From assembly GCA_964485575.1 (NCBI GenBank), contig CAZAJO010000002.1, positions 23,230-87,229 on the forward strand: a DNA stretch of 64,000 bases, written 5' to 3'. The notes beneath the pieces were generated by a model, which was not told the origin of the DNA, ran no database searches, and saw nothing but the letters and a program-made list of their open reading frames with translations. This stretch comes from an uncultured Gammaproteobacteria bacterium (lineage in GTDB: Bacteria > Patescibacteriota > Microgenomatia > Levybacterales > GWA1-39-11). Each line of letters starts with the position of its first letter. Positions within the stretch are counted from its first letter, which is position 1. Shown one piece after another: positions 8,982 to 18,282 of the stretch. The translations under genes and the position numbers were made by a program.

Positions 8982-9143
8982 GAATGTACTCATGAGGGTC
9001 GGCCAAGGATGAGCTTGCTCAGACTTACCGGACTCTCAATAGCAAGGTTCGACACTGAAAAGCGTAGCTTTGTCATGCCGAACCGCACTATAAACGGTTC
9101 AACATCAGCTTTGTTCCACATAACTTCAATTGAACCGACCCTA

Positions 9144-9173
9144 ATTTTACCAAATTTACCCTCATATAAGCAA
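9144..9173 (-). promoter_or_regulatory. putative sigma70 promoter for the tRNA-Lys leader transcript
   Basis: TTGCTT-18-TAAAAT with extended TG on the minus strand. Confidence 0.5.
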
Positions 9174-9238
9174 ATGGCCCGTCAATTTGACAAAAACTGC
9201 AACATTTACCATACTGGTAAGGGGAAGGAGGTGAGAAA

Positions 9239-9895
9239 ATGGACAGTGTAAACAACGTTTTGATAAGCACTTTAAATGGAAGTGTATCTACTATCTTCTC
9301 TTTTATTCCACGCTTCTTGTCCGGTTTTATAATTCTTCTGATTGGAATAATAATCGCTACTTTTTTAAGGCAACTTGTCCAAGAAGTTCTCAAATTCGTC
9401 AAATTTGAAGCATTTCTGAAAAAGTACGGCGTACCTGAATCAAAAGAGAATGCTCAGTGGAGTGTCATCATTGCTGAGATCGTCAGATGGTTTGTCATCA
9501 TCGTCTTTCTAGTACCGACAGCTGATGTTTGGGGACTTGGAAAATTTGTTGATGTTCTCAACAATCTACTTCTTTTCCTTCCAAACGTATTCATAGCAGT
9601 ATTGCTGCTTTTGGTTGGATTTGTCGTCTCAAAATTGGTGTATGACCTATTGATGGCTTCCGTTCGTGGACTTTCAAGAGATAGTGCAAGAACGATTGCG
9701 ATGGTAGGAAGATGGTCAGTACTCATCTTTGTGTTCTTAGTTGTGCTCAATCAACTAGGAATTGCAAGTGATCTCATACGGATTCTCTTTTCGGGCATAG
9801 TGGCAATGTTAGCTCTTGCTGGCGGTCTTGCTTTTGGTCTTGGAGGAAAGGAAGCAGCGAAGGACATCATAGACAAACTTCGTAAAAAGATCTAG
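9239..9895 (+). CDS. conserved TM-helix repeat membrane protein (MscS/CmpX-like TM_helix family)
   Basis: Two P..(F/L)..(I/L)LL(I/V)G TM repeats, C-terminal LALAGGLAFGLGGKE; GGAGGTG SD and TTGACA-17-CATACT promoter. Confidence 0.75.
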   Translation: MDSVNNVLISTLNGSVSTIFSFIPRFLSGFIILLIGIIIATFLRQLVQEVLKFVKFEAFLKKYGVPESKENAQWSVIIAEIVRWFVIIVFLVPTADVWGLGKFVDVLNNLLLFLPNVFIAVLLLLVGFVVSKLVYDLLMASVRGLSRDSARTIAMVGRWSVLIFVFLVVLNQLGIASDLIRILFSGIVAMLALAGGLAFGLGGKEAAKDIIDKLRKKI

Positions 9896-9949
9896 TTTGT
9901 TGAGAATGAACTAGATTTTGTTATAATATAAGGCTGGTAAATCAAATAC

Positions 9950-10021
9950 GGCCCGTTCTTCTATCGGTTAGGAAACAGGGTTTTCATCCCTGTAGGGTGG
10001 GTTCGACTCCCACACGGGTCA
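9950..10021 (+). tRNA. tRNA-Glu(UUC)
   Basis: GGCCCGT/ACGGGTC acceptor stem, CAGGG-TTTTCAT-CCCTG anticodon arm, GTGGG-TTCGACT-CCCAC T-arm; TG-n-TATAAT promoter at 9919-9927. Confidence 0.95.
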
Positions 10022-10062
10022 CAATCTTGACAGAGAATTTTCAAAGTACTATTATTTGGTTA

Positions 10063-10608
10063 ATGACATCCCCAGACGCTCGAGAATCAAGCCAACAACC
10101 AACTACTCCAGAAGCAGGCATTCCACTTTACGAGCCTTCTACATCTTTGCCAGACACTCTTGCAAAAATTGACGGACTTCTTGCAAAACCTGCTGATGAG
10201 GTTACAAATAGAGATCTTTTTGAGGCCATTGCGGATTCTTTCGCAACTCGTTGTACCCAGTATAAAGATCAAGGTATCAAATGGATCGATCCGGAAACAG
10301 GAGCTGAGGATGATGTAGATTGGGAAAGGGAGGATGAAAAAGCCTTTTACTTCGAGGGGGACAGAAGAGTTGGGATATCATATGATCGAGACACTCATGA
10401 GCAAGCATGGATTGATTTACCTGAAGCACCAGTTATCGTATTCATGCCTGTCAAAGATGATACTTTGATTGTTTTGGAGGATTATTCGTCTCAAGAACCT
10501 GGTGGAGAAGTCCCTTCAAGACAAGTTGCATCACTTGGAGCAGCAATCAACACAAATGTCCTTCAAACCTTAGCAATGGGCTTAAAAAGTCCACTCGGAC
10601 CTATCTAG
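10063..10608 (+). CDS. hypothetical acidic protein
   Basis: ATG 10063 preceded by TTGACA-17-TATTAT; the longer ORF start overlaps tRNA-Glu. Confidence 0.65.
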   Translation: MTSPDARESSQQPTTPEAGIPLYEPSTSLPDTLAKIDGLLAKPADEVTNRDLFEAIADSFATRCTQYKDQGIKWIDPETGAEDDVDWEREDEKAFYFEGDRRVGISYDRDTHEQAWIDLPEAPVIVFMPVKDDTLIVLEDYSSQEPGGEVPSRQVASLGAAINTNVLQTLAMGLKSPLGPI

Positions 10609-10617
10609 AATTTCATC

Positions 10618-11073
10618 TTATTTCCTCATTCCTGGGTCTGTCTGACTTACCCTTTGAAGTAATTTTTCCTGAAAATTGGTTAATGTCCCTACAATGTGGG
10701 TTGCATGAGTCCCCATAAGTTGAGGGTTATCAAACTTTGAAATTCCTAACTTTACCCCAGCTTCTATCAACCTTTGTTGATAAATTTCTTCTTCGGATAA
10801 TCGAAACAGTGACATTCTTACGGTTTCATCAGGGATATCATTAATAAAGAAATTTGCGGCTACTGCGGAAAGCAACATTCTTAACCCACCACCGTGTTTT
10901 GTATTTGAAAAAACATGAAAAAGGCTAGCTCTTTCCTTTAACCCTTTATCCTGAAAATGCATAGCAAATGAAGCTAAGGTTCCTTCTGATAATTGCGGAA
11001 CCCCTAGATCTGACAGACACTCGAGTGCAATATCGGTTGTTCTGTGTTCAAATGGCAACGCAGGTTGTTCCAT
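10618..11073 (-). CDS. hypothetical protein
   Basis: 151-aa ORF with TTGACT-16-TATAAT promoter 7 nt upstream. Confidence 0.6.
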   Translation of the reverse strand: MEQPALPFEHRTTDIALECLSDLGVPQLSEGTLASFAMHFQDKGLKERASLFHVFSNTKHGGGLRMLLSAVAANFFINDIPDETVRMSLFRLSEEEIYQQRLIEAGVKLGISKFDNPQLMGTHATHIVGTLTNFQEKLLQRVSQTDPGMRK

Positions 11074-11162
11074 ACTCCAAATTATATCCCTGCTCCATTC
11101 TCAGTCAAGAGACTTGATCAGTATCAATGAAATCTGGTTGATTTCATGATAATCAATTTACA

Positions 11163-11510
11163 ATGAGAAGAGTGAATAGAAAGATTGTTATTCTAAGAAC
11201 AATACATGGGCTCTTTGCCCTTTATTTTATCCTGTGTATCTTTTGTATCTACTATGCAATATTTACTTTAAGTCTTGATATTTATTTAGGTATTGCTATA
11301 AGTAGTCTTGTTGTTGAGGGCATCATGGTATTTCTTCTCAATAGGGGTGATTGTCCGTTGATACACATACAGCGTAAAATCGGTGATGAAATACCTTTTT
11401 TTGAGTTATTTTTGCCTAAAAAGACTGCTAAAAAGGCAGTACCATTTTTTCTTTACATCACTTTCTTTGGTCTTTTGATTCTTGCAGTAAGAGTCTACCT
11501 AAATTATTAG
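11163..11510 (+). CDS. small membrane protein (3 TM, CPL motif)
   Basis: Hydrophobic helices; IHG and GDCPLIHIQ resemble small CPL-motif membrane protein families. Confidence 0.6.
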   Translation: MRRVNRKIVILRTIHGLFALYFILCIFCIYYAIFTLSLDIYLGIAISSLVVEGIMVFLLNRGDCPLIHIQRKIGDEIPFFELFLPKKTAKKAVPFFLYITFFGLLILAVRVYLNY

Positions 11511-11597
11511 CGTTCGCTATTCATCCTCTAGTAAGTTATAATGAGTTTAGTGCCCCGTTAATTTCCTTCCGCACCGTTCATTTCTTTTCTGGTTATT

Positions 11598-12659
11598 ATG
11601 CAAAAATTAATAAAAAATAAGTACGCTAATTTCTATCTGAATGCAGCGTCCAAACTTGGTTTAGAATACGTTATTTTGAACGAAAAGGTTGGATTGGCTA
11701 GAATTTTTAACAATGCTACTGAGCTTGATATTAGTTCAAATATTTTGGGTGTTAATACTCAAATAAGCTCAAGCCTGTCAGTAAATAAATCAAAAACATC
11801 TCTGCTCCTTCAGGAAGAGAATTTACCTACACCAAGCTTTAAAATATTCACCAATCAACAGAGAGCCGTTGACTACGCTTCTGATCATTTGCAAAATGGT
11901 ACTCTTGTTGTCATTAAACCGTTAAGCGGATCGCTTTCAATTGGGATAACTGTTAATCCTTCGACAGTTTCTCAAATTAAAAAGGCAGTTGCCGAGGCTT
12001 TTGAAGGAAATTCAATTATCATGATAGAGGAATATATTCCCGGAAGACATTTCAGAATTACAGTGTTTGATGACGAAATAATTGCCGTAACTGAGAGAAT
12101 AGCTGCAAATGTGACATCGAATGGAACAAGTTCTATAGAACAACTTATTATTGAAAAAAACAAAGAAAGAAGAAAATTGGAACTTCCCCCAATTCATTTG
12201 CGCATGAAAGATCTTCACTATCTGAAAAAGGAAAAGATAGAATTGTCCAAAGTATATCCTTCAGGATGCAATATCATTTTACAGTTGGGCTGTGATTTAG
12301 ATATTGGAGGCGAACGTGTAAGAATTGAAAGAGAACTTATCCACCCTGATAATAGCGAACTTTTTAAAAATGCAGCAAAAGTATTGGGCCTTAGATTTGC
12401 GGGCATTGATTACATCTCACCTGATATTTTACTTTCTCACAAAACTATTAAAACGGCTATTAATGAAATAAATAGTGCTCCAGATTCTGATGTTCACTAT
12501 AGAGATACGTATCCAAATGATAATTATGCAGCTGAGCGAATCGTTGAAAAAATATTCAATACAAAAGTCGTATTTGTTAAGGAGAACACGCTAACACTTC
12601 CATTTACTCAATTCTTAACAAGAGTTACTAAAAAGATAAGTGATATTCAGATAAACTAA
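11598..12659 (+). CDS. ATP-grasp ligase, cyanophycin synthetase/GshF-type ATP-grasp domain only
   Basis: VVIKPLSGSLSIGIT, MIEEYIPGRHFRI, ERIAANV, GIDYI and INEINSAP motifs. Confidence 0.75.
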   Translation: MQKLIKNKYANFYLNAASKLGLEYVILNEKVGLARIFNNATELDISSNILGVNTQISSSLSVNKSKTSLLLQEENLPTPSFKIFTNQQRAVDYASDHLQNGTLVVIKPLSGSLSIGITVNPSTVSQIKKAVAEAFEGNSIIMIEEYIPGRHFRITVFDDEIIAVTERIAANVTSNGTSSIEQLIIEKNKERRKLELPPIHLRMKDLHYLKKEKIELSKVYPSGCNIILQLGCDLDIGGERVRIERELIHPDNSELFKNAAKVLGLRFAGIDYISPDILLSHKTIKTAINEINSAPDSDVHYRDTYPNDNYAAERIVEKIFNTKVVFVKENTLTLPFTQFLTRVTKKISDIQIN

Positions 12660-13213
12660 AGTTTTCCTCCACATAATTTTTCTGACCACAAACCTACCCT
12701 CAATCTCTCCGCCTCGATCTGAGCTGATTTGTATTCTTTCTGATGTTTATACGGGGTATCATAAGTGTACTCGTAAGCAAATCCTGACTTTATCATTTCA
12801 AGTCCATAATCAATATTGTTAGGTAGAAAAACATACCGCAAAAGTCTGCCATATTTATCCTTATCCCCTTGCGATGGATCTGATTCTAGTCTAACAGTTT
12901 GGCTTGTCAGTAAACCTTTGGCCTTATCTGAGGCCTCTTTCCCAAAACACTCGACTTTGCGCCGGGGGTCTACAGTTTCTGGTGTATTTATCCCCAAAAC
13001 TCGTACTTTTAGTGTTGAGTTATTAAAAGAAACACTAAATGTGTCTCCATCGACAACTTTTACGACTTTATACACACTTGGGACATTCTGTTTGGGAGCA
13101 TCCCTAACAGACAATACATTCTTTTGGGGGTAATTTTGATTGTAAACTTGAAATCCCAGGAATAGGAGAAAAACAATAGATGATACTAAAAGGCGGATAT
13201 TTTTACGCGACAC
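12656..13213 (-). CDS. thermonuclease (staphylococcal nuclease-like) family, membrane anchored
   Basis: VVDGDT, VRVLGINTPE, DKYGRLLRYV and GLW motifs; N-terminal TM/signal. Confidence 0.9.
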   Translation of the reverse strand: MSRKNIRLLVSSIVFLLFLGFQVYNQNYPQKNVLSVRDAPKQNVPSVYKVVKVVDGDTFSVSFNNSTLKVRVLGINTPETVDPRRKVECFGKEASDKAKGLLTSQTVRLESDPSQGDKDKYGRLLRYVFLPNNIDYGLEMIKSGFAYEYTYDTPYKHQKEYKSAQIEAERLRVGLWSEKLCGGKL

Positions 13214-13225
13214 AGAGCCAGTATA

Positions 13226-13714
13226 CTACGAATTGATTGAGAGTATTTTGTAAGAAATTGTACCTTTTGGAGCCTCAAAGGAAGCTTCCTCCCCTACTTT
13301 TTTACCCATAAGCGCGCGCCCTAAAGGCGAATGCTGAGAAATCTTCTTTTCTAATGGATTTGCCTCATAATCTCCCACAATATTAAATACTGTCTTACCA
13401 CCATCACTTTCAACGGTAACTATGCTTCCAATAGATACTTTCCCATCACTTCCCTCAATAATGTCAGCCAATTTTATCTGTATTTCTGTTCGAAAAATCT
13501 GGCTATCTATCGAGCGAAGTCTTGATTTTGCAGCTGTATAAAGACCATTTTCAGACAGATCTCCCATAGCACGAGCTTCAGCAAGATTTTTGACTGCCTG
13601 AGGTCTATCTTTTATAAGGTTGGCTAGTTCTTCATTCAGTTTTTCAAATCCTTCTTTTGTAATGGGGATACGCTTTATCCGGGAATTCATAACACTTGTC
13701 TTTAGTTTGCTCAT
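13226..13714 (-). CDS. greA: transcription elongation factor GreA
   Basis: ITKEGFEKLNEEL, ARAMGDLSEN, ISQHSPLGRALMGK. Confidence 0.9.
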   Translation of the reverse strand: MSKLKTSVMNSRIKRIPITKEGFEKLNEELANLIKDRPQAVKNLAEARAMGDLSENGLYTAAKSRLRSIDSQIFRTEIQIKLADIIEGSDGKVSIGSIVTVESDGGKTVFNIVGDYEANPLEKKISQHSPLGRALMGKKVGEEASFEAPKGTISYKILSINS

Positions 13715-13765
13715 AAATAAGTTGTATCTATTATATCCTATTTTTGGTATAATGAAACTTATAGT

Positions 13766-13795
13766 ATGACACGTGTGCCCGCGTGTCGTTTTTTT
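13766..13795 (+). terminator. intrinsic-terminator-like hairpin in the typA 5' leader
   Basis: ATGACACGT-gtgccc-GCGTGTCGT followed by a T-tract, between TG-n-TATAAT (13748-13753) and ATG 13804. Confidence 0.6.
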
Positions 13796-13803
13796 ATTTT
13801 AAT

Positions 13804-15639
13804 ATGGATACACAAATTCGAAACATTGCCATAATCGCCCACGTTGATCACGGGAAAACTACTCTTGTGGATTCAATGTTAAAACAAACCCACACGTTCC
13901 GAGACAATCAAAAGGAAATGACCGAAACTCTCATCATGGACTCAAATGACCTGGAAAAAGAGAAAGGTATTACCATTCTTTCAAAAAACAACTCGGTAAA
14001 ATACAAGGATGTTAAGATCAATATCATTGACACTCCAGGACATGCTGACTTTGGAGGAGAAGTTGAGCGCATCCTTAATATGGCAGATGGAGCTATTCTT
14101 CTTGTTGATGCTGTTGAAGGTCCACTTCCCCAAACAAAATTTGTACTTAAAAAGGCTTTAGAGCAACATTTGAAGATCATTCTTCTTATCAACAAAATTG
14201 ACAAAAAAGATGCCAGACCACAAGAGATCATACAAGAGGCAGAAGGACTTTTCTTAGAACTTGCTACTCACGATGATCATCTCAACTTTAAGACTTTGTA
14301 TGCGGTTGGGCGTGACGGGAAGGCATTTGATACTTTGCCTGAAAATTACACTCAAGACACACAGGGTGATTTATCTCCACTTTTTGAAGCTATAGTGTCT
14401 GAAATCCCAAACAGCGTTAAGGACGAAGACCAGCCTTTCCAAATGCTTATTTCTACCCTTGATACTGACCCACACGTAGGAAAGATCTGTATCGGAGCCG
14501 TAACAAGAGGAAAACTCAAAAAGGGAGATATGGTTTCTTTAGTTGATGAGGACAAGGTCATTGGTACAAGCCGTGTACAAAAACTCTTTACAAGCGTCGG
14601 GCTTGACCGTGTTGAGGTTGAAGAGGTATCTTCAGGTGACATAGTTGCAATCGCCGGAATCCCACAGCTTACCATAGGTCAGACTGTGACAGATCCATCT
14701 ACGCCTGTCAGCCTTCCAAAAATTCATGTCGAAGATCCGACCATCAGAATAACCATTGGACCCAACACAAGCCCTTTCTTGGGTAAAGAAGGAAAATTGC
14801 TTTCTTCCTCTCAGATAAAAGATAGACTCTTAAAAGAAAAAGAGACCAATTTGGGTCTTAAGATTGAGCAGGCAGAAGGGTCATCAAATTTTGCAGTTTC
14901 AGGACGTGGTGAGCTTCATCTTGCAGTTTTGATTGAAAACATGCGTCGTGAAGGATTTGAACTAGAAATATCAAAGCCACAGGTTATCTACAAAACAGTT
15001 GATGGAAAGGTCCATGAACCATACGAAGAAGTCACAATTGATGCAGGACAGGAATATATAGGTGCGATCAGTGAGGAATTTGCCAAAAGAAAAGCAACAC
15101 TCATCAATATGTCACCGGAACCTGGTAATATCACCCGGTTTGTATACAAAGTATCAAGTAAAAATTTGCTTGGTATCAGAAATATTTTACTGACAAAGAC
15201 TCGTGGAACGGTTGAACTTAACACGTTCTTTTTAGGGTACTTTCCCAAAGAAGAATCTGCAGTTGAAGAACAAAGAAATGGAGTACTTATTTCATTTGAT
15301 TCAGGTAATGCTCTTTCTTATGGACTTGAGAATGCTCAAGAGCGTGGAACGTTATTTATCAAACCAAATACACCTGTATATGAGGGTATGATAATCGGAA
15401 TTTCGACTCGGGACCGCGATATGGAGATAAACGTGACAAAAGGAAAGAAAATGACGAATGTCAGATCTTCAACGTCTGATTTCTCTGTTCAGATAAATAC
15501 TCCTGTCGAGCTTTCATTGGAACAGGCTTTGGACTTTATCAACGCTGATGAGCTTTTAGAAGTAACTCCGCAAAGCATCAGACTTCGAAAGAGATATCTT
15601 TCAGCAGTTGAGCGGAAAATAAGCACACGAAAGAATTAA
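13804..15639 (+). CDS. typA: translational GTPase TypA/BipA
   Basis: IRNIAIIAHVDHGKTT, DTPGHADFGGEVER, NKID, GRGELHL and EVTPQSIRLRK. Confidence 0.95.
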   Translation: MDTQIRNIAIIAHVDHGKTTLVDSMLKQTHTFRDNQKEMTETLIMDSNDLEKEKGITILSKNNSVKYKDVKINIIDTPGHADFGGEVERILNMADGAILLVDAVEGPLPQTKFVLKKALEQHLKIILLINKIDKKDARPQEIIQEAEGLFLELATHDDHLNFKTLYAVGRDGKAFDTLPENYTQDTQGDLSPLFEAIVSEIPNSVKDEDQPFQMLISTLDTDPHVGKICIGAVTRGKLKKGDMVSLVDEDKVIGTSRVQKLFTSVGLDRVEVEEVSSGDIVAIAGIPQLTIGQTVTDPSTPVSLPKIHVEDPTIRITIGPNTSPFLGKEGKLLSSSQIKDRLLKEKETNLGLKIEQAEGSSNFAVSGRGELHLAVLIENMRREGFELEISKPQVIYKTVDGKVHEPYEEVTIDAGQEYIGAISEEFAKRKATLINMSPEPGNITRFVYKVSSKNLLGIRNILLTKTRGTVELNTFFLGYFPKEESAVEEQRNGVLISFDSGNALSYGLENAQERGTLFIKPNTPVYEGMIIGISTRDRDMEINVTKGKKMTNVRSSTSDFSVQINTPVELSLEQALDFINADELLEVTPQSIRLRKRYLSAVERKISTRKN

Positions 15640-15677
15640 GTTGAACCTCAGTTGGGTATTTGATACCATTAACTCAC

Positions 15678-16598
15678 ATGAAAAGAATATTCCCCACCCT
15701 TTTACTGTCTGCTGCCTTTTTACTGATTTCTATTACAAGAGTCCATGCTCAAGATTTTTTTAATCCTGACCCATTGATTCCGGAAGTTGCTACTGATTCA
15801 GCATCTGCTTCAGAGTCGGCAAAAGAGGCCGCAGCAATCGCAAAGATACAGCAACAAGACGTTACGCGTCCGGAAGGACCTGAGGATGCCGCAGCACTTA
15901 ATTTATTCAAGCAAAGACCAGCTGACAAACTCAATTGGTACAATCTCATGGCATTTCTCATACAGTCTTCCGTGAAAGCCGGTGTGCCTTCAAGAACTGT
16001 CATTCTTATTCTGCTTTTACCTATGCTTGCAACAATTATTGCCTTTATTAGACACGTTATTGGTCTTCCGAGTATCGGAATGCTTGTACCAGTTGCGCTT
16101 TCTATCACTCTTCTATCCACAGGTATCACAGCAGGGCTGATACTGTTGGCAACAATTATTTTCTCTTCAACTGTGGCAAGAATTCTACTTAAGAAGGTTC
16201 GCATCATGCAGCTTCCCAAAATGGCTTTCTCGATGTTCATTGTATCTATCTTTCTTTTCCTTACGCTAACTGTATCTGCTATGGCAGGGATTTTGGTAGT
16301 AAAGCAGCTCTCTATATTCCCGGTACTTCTACTTATACTTTTGTCTGAGCAAATCATTGCGGTACAACAAGAGAGAAGCGCTCAGGAAATGGCAATCATT
16401 TCAATGGTGACTTTTGCCATAGGTATCTTAGGATTTCTACTACTCTCGTCTATCCATCTGAGAAATACAATCCTTCTCTACCCTGAATTCATACTGATAC
16501 TCATTCCACTTAATATAGTGGTTGGTAGGTATTTTGGCCTTCGACTCATGGAATATTTCAGGTTTTCCTCAATAATGCGCCATGGCAGTAAGTCGTAA
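15678..16598 (+). CDS. 7TM membrane protein of the family normally fused to an inactive transglutaminase
   Basis: Signal peptide, then LLLP...RHVIGLPSIGMLVP, FPVLLL and GRYFGLRLMEYFRF; overlaps the start of the downstream ATP-grasp gene. Confidence 0.75.
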   Translation: MKRIFPTLLLSAAFLLISITRVHAQDFFNPDPLIPEVATDSASASESAKEAAAIAKIQQQDVTRPEGPEDAAALNLFKQRPADKLNWYNLMAFLIQSSVKAGVPSRTVILILLLPMLATIIAFIRHVIGLPSIGMLVPVALSITLLSTGITAGLILLATIIFSSTVARILLKKVRIMQLPKMAFSMFIVSIFLFLTLTVSAMAGILVVKQLSIFPVLLLILLSEQIIAVQQERSAQEMAIISMVTFAIGILGFLLLSSIHLRNTILLYPEFILILIPLNIVVGRYFGLRLMEYFRFSSIMRHGSKS

Positions 16599-17886
16599 CA
16601 TTTTGGGCATGAACGCCCGCAATTTTCTCTATATCCGCCGCTACAATTCACCGGATGCAAAAAAGATAGCGGATGATAAATTAGAGACCAAAAACACGCT
16701 CATTCAAAATGGGATAAAAACTCCTACGCTTTTTTCTATCTTCTATGACCGGGATTCTATCAAAAATTTCGTATGGACAGACCTTCCGGAAAGAGGATTT
16801 GTCATAAAACCTGCAAGAGGATACGCCGGGGCAGGAATACTTGCAATCAGAAAGTGGGACGGCGAGGTAGGGACAACTGCAAATGGACAAACCTACACCA
16901 TAAAACAGCTTGAGTCACACATCCTTGATATTTTGGAGGGTGCGTATTCACTGAAATTTCTACCCGATAATGCTTTTATTGAAGAACGTCTCCACCCGCA
17001 TCCGTTCTTTAAAAAACTGACCGGATATGGAATTCCTGACATGAGGGTTATTGTTTTTAATAGGATCCCTGTTATGGCCATGATCCGTCTCTCGACAGAA
17101 GAGTCACATGGTAAGGCCAACCTGCATCAAGGAGCTATCGGATTTGGAATAGATATCAGAACTGGTATTACGACTCATGCAATTCTATACGACCAACAGA
17201 TATCCTATATCCCTAACACAAAAATTAAGACGAGGGGAATCAAAATTCCAAATTGGGAGGAGGTATTACTCCTTTCATCCAAAACGCAGGAGATCTCAGG
17301 GCTTGGATACGCTGGAATTGATATTGTATTTGATGGACAACAAGGTCCAATGGTCCTTGAGGTAAATGCACGTCCTGGCCTTTCAATTCAAAATGCCAAT
17401 AGAGCATCTTTGAGATCAAGGCTTGAGCGCGTTGAAAATATCATCATCCCTACCCCGGAACGTGGGGTTGAGATAGCTAAAAATCTTTTTACAGAAAGCT
17501 TCTCTGAAAAAGTCAGCATATCTCCCAAAATTTTGACCATTATCCAAGAAGTTACTTTTTATAGAAATGGTGAACCTATTACTGTCAAGGCAAAGCTTGA
17601 TACTGGTGCTTTTAGAACATCAATTGATAGAAAATTTGCAGAACTTTTAGATCTTCAGATCCTCAACGAAAAAGTCTTTGTAAAGTCAGCGAGCGGTGAA
17701 AGCTTTAGACCAACAGCAAAGACTTCTTTTATATTAGGAGGCAAAAAAATAAATACTGTGATTTCGATAGTAGACAGATCAAACCTTAAGTACCCCGTAA
17801 TTATTGGGCACAGGGATATGAAGGACTTTCTGATAAGACCGGTAAATGACCAACCGTACGATCCTGAAGATGATGTGGAAGAATAG
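16582..17886 (+). CDS. alpha-L-glutamate ligase-like ATP-grasp protein fused to a retropepsin-like (RimK-associated) peptidase domain
   Basis: ILGMNARN, FVIKPARG, GKANLHQG and LEVNARPGLSIQ; C-terminal AKLDTGAFRTSID...IIGHR. Confidence 0.85.
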   Translation: MAVSRNILGMNARNFLYIRRYNSPDAKKIADDKLETKNTLIQNGIKTPTLFSIFYDRDSIKNFVWTDLPERGFVIKPARGYAGAGILAIRKWDGEVGTTANGQTYTIKQLESHILDILEGAYSLKFLPDNAFIEERLHPHPFFKKLTGYGIPDMRVIVFNRIPVMAMIRLSTEESHGKANLHQGAIGFGIDIRTGITTHAILYDQQISYIPNTKIKTRGIKIPNWEEVLLLSSKTQEISGLGYAGIDIVFDGQQGPMVLEVNARPGLSIQNANRASLRSRLERVENIIIPTPERGVEIAKNLFTESFSEKVSISPKILTIIQEVTFYRNGEPITVKAKLDTGAFRTSIDRKFAELLDLQILNEKVFVKSASGESFRPTAKTSFILGGKKINTVISIVDRSNLKYPVIIGHRDMKDFLIRPVNDQPYDPEDDVEE

Positions 17887-17897
17887 ATAAAAGAAGA

Positions 17898-18239
17898 CTA
17901 TTTCCCTTTTTGAGCTTTGATTCCGAGTGTCTTTTTAGAAACCTTTGTTACTTTCTTGACTGCTTTTTTACGAGACTTTTTCTTTTTGATCTCAATATTT
18001 TCAAGCTTTACGATAGATGGAGCATTTAAAGGAAAAATCCGGTCAACGTCCACTCCATCAATGAATTGTCTGACAGTTACCATCTTGTTGTCTCCAGCTC
18101 CTCTGGATTTCATTATCTTTCCCTGAAAAGCTACGATCCTTTCTTTTTTACCTTCAACAAATTTTTGAAAAACCTTTACAGCCATACCCGCTCGAAGATC
18201 AAGCGCTGGTTCGACAATTGATTCCGTCTTTTTTTCCAT
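17898..18239 (-). CDS. rplS: 50S ribosomal protein L19 (divergent)
   Basis: LRAGMAVKV...EGKKERIVAFQG...TVRQ...GVDVDRIFPL.AP.I core; Lys-rich tail. Confidence 0.75.
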   Translation of the reverse strand: MEKKTESIVEPALDLRAGMAVKVFQKFVEGKKERIVAFQGKIMKSRGAGDNKMVTVRQFIDGVDVDRIFPLNAPSIVKLENIEIKKKKSRKKAVKKVTKVSKKTLGIKAQKGK

Positions 18240-18282
18240 AATCGTTGTATTATACACAAATGAGGCTCAAAGAACAAGATTC

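Noticed and set aside
8907-9251. 114-aa plus-strand ORF with a repeated SYRT peptide
   Set aside because: It overlaps tRNA-Lys antisense and the structured leader; the peptide repeat simply reflects the 17-nt DNA duplication.
9886-9919. Inverted repeat after the TM-helix gene as a decoy leader for tRNA-Glu
   Set aside because: It has no similarity to the tRNA-Glu 5' end; it is more likely a weak terminator overlapping the tRNA promoter.
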